The position numbers and the translations under genes were made by a program. A stretch of 7,614 nt of DNA from Fonticula alba ATCC 38817 (Eukaryota > Protista > Nucleariida). Below the pieces are notes generated by a model that searched no databases, had not been told where the DNA came from, and saw only the letters and a list, made by a program, of their open reading frames with translations. This document shows positions 1 through 7,356 of the stretch, piece after piece; the first letter of the stretch is position 1, and each line of letters begins with the position of its first letter. The DNA lies in the NCBI GenBank assembly GCA_000388065.2, contig KB932206.1; one strand, written 5' to 3'.

Positions 1-465
1 GGGGGGGGGGGGGGGGGGGGGCAGGCTGAAATCCGGCCAGGCGGATCGGCAGCACGGAGGGCCAACGGGCAGGGGAGCAGCGCTGCGACTGCCAACTTAT
101 GGCTAGCTGGGGGCAGGCTACCGGGAACCGGTCCTTCCGCCACTCACCCGCCCGTCCCATCCGCACACCGCTGGGCTAGCTGCAGCCGGTCTCTTCGGGG
201 CCTCGAGGTCTTGGGATTTATCCCGCGCCGGGCGCCCGCGGCCCGCCGGGGCGCCAACTGGCCTCCGCATCACCTCCCTCCTCCTCCCCCTCGCGCGTCC
301 TTCTCGCCCCCCCCCCCCTCCCTCCTTCGCCGGCTGCCGATTGCCGCTACTTGCCTACCTGTCTGTCTCCTCGGCTACCGCCTTTCCGCCGCCGCGCTTG
401 GTCAAGCTCGCCCGCACATCCACGCGTGCACCCTGCGCACACACTTCTGAGGGAAGGCCCCGCGC

Positions 466-503
466 GTCTTTGCTTTTGCCCCCCCACCCCCCCTATAGGC
501 CAG
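466..503 (+). promoter_or_regulatory. Probable 3' splice acceptor of a 5'-UTR intron just upstream of the CFIm68-like ATG
   Basis: Pyrimidine tract gtctttgcttttgcccccccaccccccc followed by TAG (496-498) and CAG (501-503). The donor was not identified. Confidence 0.4.
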
Positions 504-504
504 C

Positions 505-2200
505 ATGGACGACCTTGACATCTACGGCTCTGTCCTCGAGGAGGAGGAGGTGCGTCTTGGATACTGGTTGTCACCTTGCTGCTGCTGCTGCTGCTCATCC
601 TGGCCACTGATCACCGCATGTCCCTCGACCCGGCAGTTCTCCGCCGCGGCCATCAAGCCATCCTCGATCGAGCCGGCTTTGACCACATCGGATACCCCCT
701 CGGCCGTGGTACAACCTATCGCCCCCCCTCCCCCCCCCCTTCCGCCTGATTGGACACCTCCGCTCTTTGCCAATGTTGCCACTGTGGCTAACGTGACACG
801 CCTGGCGTGGCTCTCCCTGCCTGCTATGTCAGCCGGTTATCCTTTCTGAGACCAAGCACCTGGGCGCCCCGCCGGGCGGTCCCATGGCCGGCGACCATCC
901 CGGCCCGGATCCCTGTACGCCGCGTTTCGTTTGCCTTGTCTCCTGAGTGCCTTGTGATGAGCCTAACCCCTTCCGCATTTCTTTCTCCCTCTCTCTCTCC
1001 CTCTGCTTCCCAGTGCGCTTGACCATGTCTACCACCGCAGTCCCGACCGGAAGCCTGGCTCCGCCTATGCAGCGCCCCGTGCCAGTGGCTCGTGCGCCGA
1101 TTGCACAGCCTGCTGGTCCCGGCCCCGGCCCCGGCCCCGGCCCCGGCCCTGATCCCACCCTCGCCGACATGCCTCACATGTCGGGCACCAGTGCCTCGCC
1201 GCAGGAGGCTCTTTCTGGTGCTGGCGAGACCAAGTCCTTCTGCTATGTCTACAACATGCATTGGGTGCGTTCTTTTTTGCCTGCGACGTCACATGCTGCT
1301 GGCGTCTCTTGCGCTCTCCTTCCCGCCTCCCCCACACGCATACACACACACATACACACACATGTGTATATGCACATGGCGAATTCAACTCACGCGACGT
1401 TGCACCTTGGACCTGGCTGGTGTGTTGCTTCTGCGCAGTGGACCTCGGATGAGGATTTGTTGAAGATCGCCACCACCTTCAACATCACGGATGTCCGTCA
1501 AATCATTTTCGCTGACGAGAAGCTAAACGGGATGTCTCGCGGGTGCGTTCCATGCGTGCACACACACACACACATGCACATACACATGCCCACTCATCTA
1601 CTCTCCTCTGTGCTTTTACACCCGAGCTGCGAAAACACCACCTGCCCCCCCCCCCTCCCTCTCTCTCTCACACACACACACACACATACCCACAAAGTGC
1701 CGCTAAGATCGAGTTTTTCCAGCCGGACTCCGGGCGTCGCTTCAAAGAGGCTATCGACTCCCAGTGCGTCCATGCATTCAACGCCACACCCTTCCCCGGC
1801 CAGAACGCCTGCATCTGCCAGGCTGCTTCCCATGGGGTCCGCCTTTTCCTCTGCTGCCTACTGACCGACCTCCTGCCAGTCTTGTTGAGCACGACGAGAA
1901 GAAGATCCATGCCTCCTTCGAGGAGCCGGTCGAATTTTCCGGCGGCTGTAGCCAGGAGAATGAGGCTCGGCCTGGACGCTCCGGTCGCTCCGGGCGCCGC
2001 GGCGGCAACGCCAATCCTCCAAACCCTGGTGGTATGTTCCCAGTATCAATCCCTGTGCCCCNNNNNNNNNNNNNNNNNNNNNNNNNNNNNNNNNNNNNNN
2101 NNNNNNNNNNNNNNNNNNNNNNNNNNNNNNNNNNNNNNNNNNNNNNNNNNNNNNNNNNNNNNNNNNNNNNNNNNNNNNNCCCCCCCCCCACACACACACA

Positions 2201-2234
<34 letters not shown>

Positions 2235-3241
2235 TACACGCATACACGCGCACGCATGCGCACCCCTCCTTCCATGTACTGACCTCTCCCATGGAATAGC
2301 TGGGCGTCACCCCCATCAAGGTGGCCAGCATGGGCAAATGATGCCCCCGCATATGGGCCACCAGTTCCCCCCGCCTGCTGGGCACCCCCATATGCTGCCC
2401 AACTTCCCGGGCGGTATGCTTCCCCCGCATCCGGGTGGTGGTCCTGGCGTGCCCCCCCTCGGACCCGGCTTGCCAGTTGTCAACAACCCAGCGGCGGCGG
2501 CGGCGGCTGCCGCTGCCGCCGCCGGCTTCAGCCTTCCCTTGCTCTTCCCAAATCTTGGACCTGGCCTAAACCCCGGGCCACCCGTTAATATGGGGCCCGG
2601 CTCGCAAGGCCCCCCTCTGGGCATGGGTCATCCGCCTGGCGACCATTTATTGGAGTGCGCAGTCTTTCTTCCTCCTCCTCCTTTCTTCTTCTCCTTCTTT
2701 TTCCCTGTCATCTGCTTCGCCGCCGCCGTCGCCGTCGCCGCCGCTGCCATGTTGTCTCGTCCTCTGGGCCTCACTTTGACTGACATCCTGTGCCTGCCTT
2801 GGTGGATGAATGGGGACGGTTCTCTCGCTCTTGCTCTCACGAAGGCGCGACGGGGGCCGCCATCAATCGCGTGAAGCGAACTCCGCCTCGCGCGGGGGAC
2901 GCGAGTCGCGCGATCATCGTGATCGATCGCGCGATCGTGATGACCGGAGTGGTGGCAACCGCGATGACCGAGGCGGTGGCAGCCGTGATGACCGAGGCGG
3001 TGGCAGCCGTGATGACCGAGGCGGTGGCAACCGTGATGACCGAGGCGGTGGCAATCGTGATAGCCGCCGCGAACGCGACCGTGACCGGATAAACGAGCGC
3101 GATTCGTCGCGGTATCGCGAGTCCCGCGAGCCCCGCGAGTCCCGCGACCGCGAGCGCGATCGTGACCGCGAGCGCGATCGTGACCGTGACCGCGACTCAC
3201 GCGAGCGTCATCGTCGGTCCTCGTCCTCCTCGCACCGGTAG
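505..3241 (+). CDS. CPSF6: Cleavage factor Im large subunit (CFIm68/CFIm59, CPSF6/7-like); join(505..549,637..708,833..914,1014..1264,1439..1542,1698..1763,1880..2031,2300..2654,2845..3241), 1524 nt, 507 aa
   Basis: All 8 introns are GT..AG with matching phases. CTRAY branch points lie at 607, 788, 963, 1861, 2279 and 2780. The N-terminus MDDLDIYGSVLEEEE resembles the CPSF6 DIY-acidic start. The spliced RRM reads CYVYNMHW|WTSDEDL...DEKLNGMSRG, resembling CPSF6 LYIGNLTWWTTDEDL...NGQSKG. A Pro/Gly-rich middle and an RD/RE/RS tail follow, ending at TAG 3239-3241. CPSF6 versus CPSF7 cannot be resolved outside vertebrates. Intron 7 spans an N gap. Confidence 0.85.
1115..1150 (+). repeat. Coding (GGCCCC)n hexamer repeat encoding (Gly-Pro)6
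   Basis: ggtccc followed by four exact ggcccc and ggccct, within exon 4. Confidence 0.9.
1333..1362 (+). repeat. Imperfect (CA)n microsatellite in intron 4
   Basis: cacacgcatacacacacacatacacacaca. Confidence 0.85.
1558..1694 (+). repeat. Two (CA)n tracts and a (CT)n tract filling intron 5
   Basis: CA tracts at about 1558-1585 and 1667-1694, with ctctctctct just before the second. Confidence 0.85.
2062..2179. other. Assembly gap (118 N) inside intron 7 of the CFIm68-like gene
   Basis: Run of N flanked by poly-C. Confidence 0.98.
2189..2262 (+). repeat. (CA)n microsatellite decaying into CATA/CGCA units in intron 7
   Basis: Directly visible; lies upstream of the branch point CTGAC at 2279. 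Confidence 0.85.
2491..2523 (+). repeat. GCG/GCC/GCT run encoding poly-Ala11 in the Pro-rich region
   Basis: Translated [17 protein letters not shown] in exon 8. Confidence 0.85.
2936..3055 (+). repeat. Coding 24-bp tandem repeat x5 encoding RDDR(S/G)GG(N/S)
   Basis: Units start at 2936, 2960, 2984, 3008 and 3032; consensus cgygatgaccgaggcggtggcarc. Confidence 0.9.
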
Positions 3242-3342
3242 TCGATCTGCCCTGGAGAACACTCGACCGGTCAAAGGACTGCCTCACGCCCCCGCTCCGT
3301 GATGTGTATCTACTTGTGTATATTTATATATGTTTTATCCAT

Positions 3343-3400
3343 GTATGTGCGTGTGCGTGTGCGTGTGCGTGTGCGTGTGCGTGTGTATGTGTATATGTGT
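3343..3400 (+). repeat. (GTGCGT)6 array at 3347-3382 within a GT-rich tract
   Basis: Six exact tandem hexamers, with GTATGT at 3343-3348 and at 3385-3390. Confidence 0.9.
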
Positions 3401-3451
3401 GCGCTCGTGCGCCCAGCCGTCTCCTCCCCCCACCGGGCAACGAAAATAGCC

Positions 3452-3457
3452 AATAAA
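3452..3457 (+). promoter_or_regulatory. Candidate polyadenylation signal AATAAA for the CFIm68-like gene
   Basis: Canonical hexamer 210 nt after the stop codon and downstream of five TGTA motifs. Its use in this organism is not demonstrated. Confidence 0.35.
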
Positions 3458-3473
3458 CCAACATGAGGCAGCA

Positions 3474-3493
3474 ACACACACACACACACACAC
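3474..3493 (+). repeat. (AC)10 microsatellite between the convergent genes
   Basis: Directly visible. Confidence 0.9.
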
Positions 3494-3805
3494 GCGCGCG
3501 GCGTTTGGGTCGGATATATTGGATGAACAAGAAAGGTTGATTGGCAAGGACATGGGCGGGCGCCCTGCTCCTTCCTCTTCTGCCACGGGGGTGCACAGCA
3601 CTCCCGCACACGCGTGTCAAGTTCCTTTCTCCCCTTTTCTTTGTCCGGCAGGCAGAGGCGGGATCGAGGCAGAGGGCGCGTGCACATGAGGCAGATGTGG
3701 ATGGACGCATGGCGGAGTCTAGGGGCCTCAGTGGGGAGGGCAAAAGTGGGTGATAGGGGGGCGGAGGGGAAGCGATCAAGGCAACCATCCGCTGGATCCC
3801 ATACT

Positions 3806-3981
3806 TCAGGGAGAGCCGGACTGCGGACTCCCACCATCGGTGGCATAGGACCAGCCCCACTCGACAGAGTAGCCCATCCCCGAAACGAAAAAGGCCACCA
3901 GGTCCTCGGTGCCGGCCTCCACCACCCGGTGGCAGGAAAGCTTCGGCGGCTGGCGAGCGCTCCGACCGGCAGTGGAGCCAT
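3806..3981 (-). CDS. Terminal coding exon of the kinase, absent from the ORF track in this frame
   Basis: It follows a C-rich tract and the acceptor gtgcgCAG at 3984-3982. The phase-1 join gives [58 protein letters not shown], which parallels the C-terminal halves of repeats 1 and 2. Confidence 0.8.
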
Positions 3982-4409
3982 CTGCGCACGGGCGAGGGGG
4001 GGAGGGCGGGGGGAGGGGGGGGCATGACAGACGATGTTAGAGGTGGCCTAGACGCCGGAGACACACAGGCGGCGCGTGTAACGACATACCGGCAGAGGAG
4101 ATGGCCGCCTCCGGAAGCATGAGGTCGATGAACACGACAATCGGTCGACGACGGGTGTTGCTGACGCTGAGGGAATAATACCCGGGGATCGGCCGCGCGG
4201 GAGACGCCTGGCCCAGGGACTGGAGCCCGGCATCGCCTAGCCAGAGCTCCGGATCGGTGGCCGCCGCGTGGATGGGGGCCTGGGGGTCCGAGCAGGGGGT
4301 AAATCCCTTGACCAGGCGCACACCATTGAGGAAGCTGATCTGATCGGTGGGAGCCCCGCCGGCGACAGTGGACCCAGTGACGCCAGTCGAGGATGGAGGG
4401 CTGCCGGCA

Positions 4410-4447
<38 letters not shown>

Positions 4448-7165
4448 ATCCAGCTGCTGGCCAAGAGGGCCGCCCGGGCTGCTGGGGTTCAAGACGGCCA
4501 GCTGGCGGAAGCGCCAGGTGAACGTGGCATCCGGCCCGGTGGTGGCGCGGCCCACCAGCGACGGCGCATGCGGCCCGGGGGGAACCACATGGCGCAAGAG
4601 GCAGATCGGCTCCGGCCCGGTGGACTGCTGGCTCAGCGTCCGCTGATGCCGGGCCACGGCGCCATGGCGCTCATCCAGCGCGCCGGCCGACGTCAAGGAC
4701 AGGCCATTCTTGTCATACACCGTGCCATGCAGCTCCACCAGCAGCTCGATCGGGAAGGGGTAGGAGTTCTCCACGAAGAAGCTGATCTGGTGCCGGGAGG
4801 CGTCACCCGAGTCCAGGGCATCGGAGGACTCGCCCGGGGTGGCCGGCGGCTGGAGCTCCTGCACGCGAGTTTCGAGGGTAATCCCGGAGAGGGTCTCCCG
4901 GCGGACGGTGGCCCCGGTGGGCTGGCGCTTGAAGGACAGCGGCACATCCGGCACGCGCTTGGCAGCCGGCCCGGCCGCCGGCAGGGGGATCGACGCCAGC
5001 CAGCTCCCGGAGCCGGGCTGGATCACGGCTCCGACGGAGAACCCGTCATCGGACAGGGTGACATCGCGCAGGGCCACCGGGTCGGTCATGCGATCCGGCC
5101 CGGGCGACTCGCCGGGAGACAGGCGCGGCAGCGTCTCGAAGGTGAAGTGGCTCCCCGGTGGCAGGGTCAAGGACACGGCATATGCCTGCAGTTCATCGCT
5201 ATGCAGGTAGAAGATGAACTCCGAGGTGGTGCGATCCAGGAGCCGGTGAAGGACCAGCCCGCCGAGGCGCTCCGAGCGGATGGACATGTTGGACCGGAGT
5301 TGGCCACGCTCGACCAGCGGCCGGAGCTCCATCGGCAGGGTTGACCGAGCCGGCGAGGCCACCTCCACCGGGCGTGCGCCGCTGATCTCCAGGGGCGGCG
5401 GCGAGGGCGGGCGGGAAACCACCGGCGACGGGGTGACCGGCTGGTGTGGCGAGTCCAATTGCAGCAGTGACAATGGCGACGTCAGCATCAGCTCCGGCGG
5501 GGGGAAGCGCCCGGCGACCACCGGCGTGGCCAGGAAGTCGGAGCTGACCGACCCGGAGACCGGGGAGATGGTGTCGATGCAAATTGACAAGGGAGACCCT
5601 TGGGGGGAGGCCCGGGCGTTGCCGGTTGCCGGGGGCGCGGGTGGCGGTGCCGCGGCCGGGGGCTCGGCCGCGGCCGAGCTGGCGGCCGCAGCAGCCGCCG
5701 CTTTCTGGAAGGCGGCATCCACCGCCGCACCGGCCGGCACAATGGGCTTCAGCATGGAAATGATGCGCGGGAAGAGAGGGCGCTTGGCCGGGTCGTCCTC
5801 CGCACAGGAGAGGACCAAGTCAACCGCGTCCGGCGGGCAGGAGGGCTGGACCAGAGCGCGGACCTGGGCATGGTGTGGGTGGCAATCCGGAGGGTTAGCA
5901 GCTGGACGGTGTTGGGGGCGGGGGGGGCGGTTAAGTCGGAGGCACAGCCAGGGGGGGGCCTTGCTCGCACCTCCACCGGGTCCAGGCCGAAGCCGGGGAT
6001 AACGCGGCGGAAGTTCCGGGCGTCGGGCTTCACGCGGCTGAAGAGCTCGGCAATGACAATGCCGAAGGAGAAAACATCCACACGTTCGTCATATGGCATG
6101 CACAGGATGACCTCCGGGGCCATGGTCCAGTCGGTGCCGCAGACGGTCATCGGCCGGGCGTGGCGCCCGGTGGAGGCGGCCGCCGCGCGGTCCAGGGCCC
6201 GGGCGAAGCCAAAATCGCACACCTTCGGGGTCATGGTCTCCGGGTGGAGGAGGATATTTTCGCTCTTCAGGTCGCGGTGGATGATTCCCAGGGCGTGCAG
6301 GTACGCCATGGCCTGTGGCGGAGGGGGGGGGGNNNNNNNNNNNNNNNNNNNNNNNNNNNNNNNNNNNNNNNNNNNNNNNNNNNNNNNNNNNNNNNNNNNN
6401 NNNNNNNNNNNNNNNNNNNNNNNNNNNNNNNNNNNNNNNNNNNNNNNNNNNNNNNNNNNNNNNNNNNNNNNNNNNNNNNNNNNNNNNNNNNNNNNNNNNN
6501 NNNNNNNNNNNNNNNNNNNNNNNNNNNNNNNNNNNNNNNNNNNNNNCCGGCGACCGGGTGCTGACGGGCCTGGAAGCAGCATGCCGGCGTACCTTGGCCA
6601 CGCCGAGGGCGATCTCCAGGCGGATTCGCCAAGGGAGGTCCCGGCGCTGGACCACATACGAGAGATTGGCGCTGCCAGCCTTCGGCCGGCGCGAGGGGGG
6701 GGACAGGTCCTTGAAGGAGGGGTCCCCGGGGCGGGGGTCCGCGGCGCCGGGCCCCACAAACTCGGTCACCACACACAGGCGCCCGTGGCGGTCCCGGGCG
6801 CTGCCCATGAATTGCACGATGTTCGGATGCCGGGCGGCCGTGAGGATGGAAATCTCGCGGGCCCAGTAGCGCTCGAGCTCCTCATTCGAGAGCACCACCT
6901 CATCGGAGCCGCCCTTCAGCGGAACGGTGATCTCCTCGGAGTCGCTGCCGCTGTCGGAGAAGTTGTCGAAGGGATCCTCCTCGGAGGAATCCTCGCCGCC
7001 ACTGCCGCCGTCGGCCGTCTGGAGCATGGATCGCGGCGGGGGGTTCAGGCATTTGATGGCCACCGGCGTGCCGAAGAGCTCGCCGGCGAAAACGCCGCCG
7101 AAGTTCCCGCGACCGATACATCGACCGAACTCGAGGTCCTCGTAGCGAAGGCTAAGCGAGTCCAT
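3806..7165 (-). CDS. TKL protein kinase, LISK (LIMK/TESK-related) type, with a long C-terminal region holding three beta-rich repeats; complement(join(3806..3981,4090..5863,5971..6312,6593..7165)), 2865 nt, 954 aa
   Basis: ATG at 7165 in context gccATGg. Kinase motifs: [79 protein letters not shown] and the late FRR..PGFGLDP segment are what I associate with LISK-type kinases of amoebae and fungi. Introns: 6592-6313 (GTACGC..CAG, phase 0), 5970-5864 (GTGCGA..CTAAC..CAG, phase 0), 4089-3982 (GTATGT..CTAAC..CAG, phase 1). Stop TGA at 3808-3806. Confidence 0.85.
4412..4447 (-). repeat. (GCC)12 trinucleotide repeat encoding poly-Ala12 in the linker between kinase C-terminal repeats 2 and 3
   Basis: Twelve consecutive ggc on the + strand, in frame with the kinase. 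Confidence 0.9.
5746..7135 (-). other. Protein kinase catalytic domain (exons 1-3), predicted active
   Basis: The Gly loop, beta3 Lys38, alphaC Glu104, HRD, DFG and APE are all intact. The splice junctions restore canonical spacing: IALGVAK|AMAYLH and LDPVE|[11 protein letters not shown]. Confidence 0.9.
6333..6546. other. Assembly gap (214 N) inside intron 1 of the kinase
   Basis: Run of N next to poly-G. Confidence 0.98.
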
Positions 7166-7254
7166 GGCGCACGAGAGGGAGAGGGGGCGCGGCGGGGGGG
7201 CAGAGGCGTGTCGCGCTGGAGGGGTTTCAGGAGGGCGCGGCGGGCGAGGAAAGG

Positions 7255-7356
7255 CAGGGCAGGGAGGGGAGGGAGGGGGAGAGAGAGGGGGAGAGAGAGG
7301 GGGAGAGAGAGGGAGAGAGAGAGAGAGAGAGAGAGAGAAGGAAGGAGGAGGAGAAA
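7255..7356 (-). repeat. (CT)n/(CCT)n pyrimidine tract upstream of the kinase start
   Basis: Reads as gagagaga/ggagga runs on the + strand; probably intronic within the 5' UTR. Confidence 0.8.

Larger units (their letters stand above)
1238..1922 (+). other. RRM domain of the CFIm68-like protein, split over exons 4-7
   Basis: Spliced sequence: FCYVYNMHWWTSDEDLLKIATTFNITDVRQIIFADEKLNGMSRGAAKIEFFQPDSGRRFKEAIDSHLVEHDEKKIHASFE. It has an RNP2-like CYVYNM, the WW loop and a degenerate RNP1 RGAAKIEF. Confidence 0.8.

Noticed and set aside
1-22. Poly-G run at the window start (a shorter G run also ends the window)
   Set aside because: Homopolymer runs of this type flank the gaps in this assembly; no function can be supported.
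1121-1149. C9orf72-like GGGGCC repeat on the minus strand with G-quadruplex potential
   Set aside because: Under five copies, and explained as Gly-Pro codons in a GC-rich exon.
1837-1879. Alternative donor GTCCGC at 1837 for exon 6
   Set aside because: Phase 0 would hit TGA three codons into the next exon. The consensus donor at 1764 gives the correct phase.
2533-2622. LLFP...GPPLG resemblance to the human CPSF6 FG-motif peptide
   Set aside because: No FG dipeptide is present, and the similarity is within low-complexity Pro/Gly sequence.
2936-3055. Regularly spaced repeats resembling a CRISPR array
   Set aside because: Contiguous in-frame coding repeats with no unique spacers, in a eukaryotic gene.
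3310-3981. 223-aa minus ORF starting with ATG directly after the acceptor at 3982
   Set aside because: The upstream donor is phase 1, which selects another frame. This ORF runs into microsatellite-derived RTRTRT.
4037-4089. Kinase C-terminus [17 protein letters not shown] given by the ORF track
   Set aside because: This stretch has a donor, branch point and acceptor of an intron, and the spliced alternative completes repeat 3.
4268-5344. 358-aa plus-strand ORF
   Set aside because: Antisense shadow of the GC-rich kinase exon 3. It is Gly/Ala/Arg-rich with no motifs.
6333-6546. Possible exon hidden in the kinase intron 1 gap
   Set aside because: The junction IALGVAK|AMAYLH already gives normal alphaE spacing.
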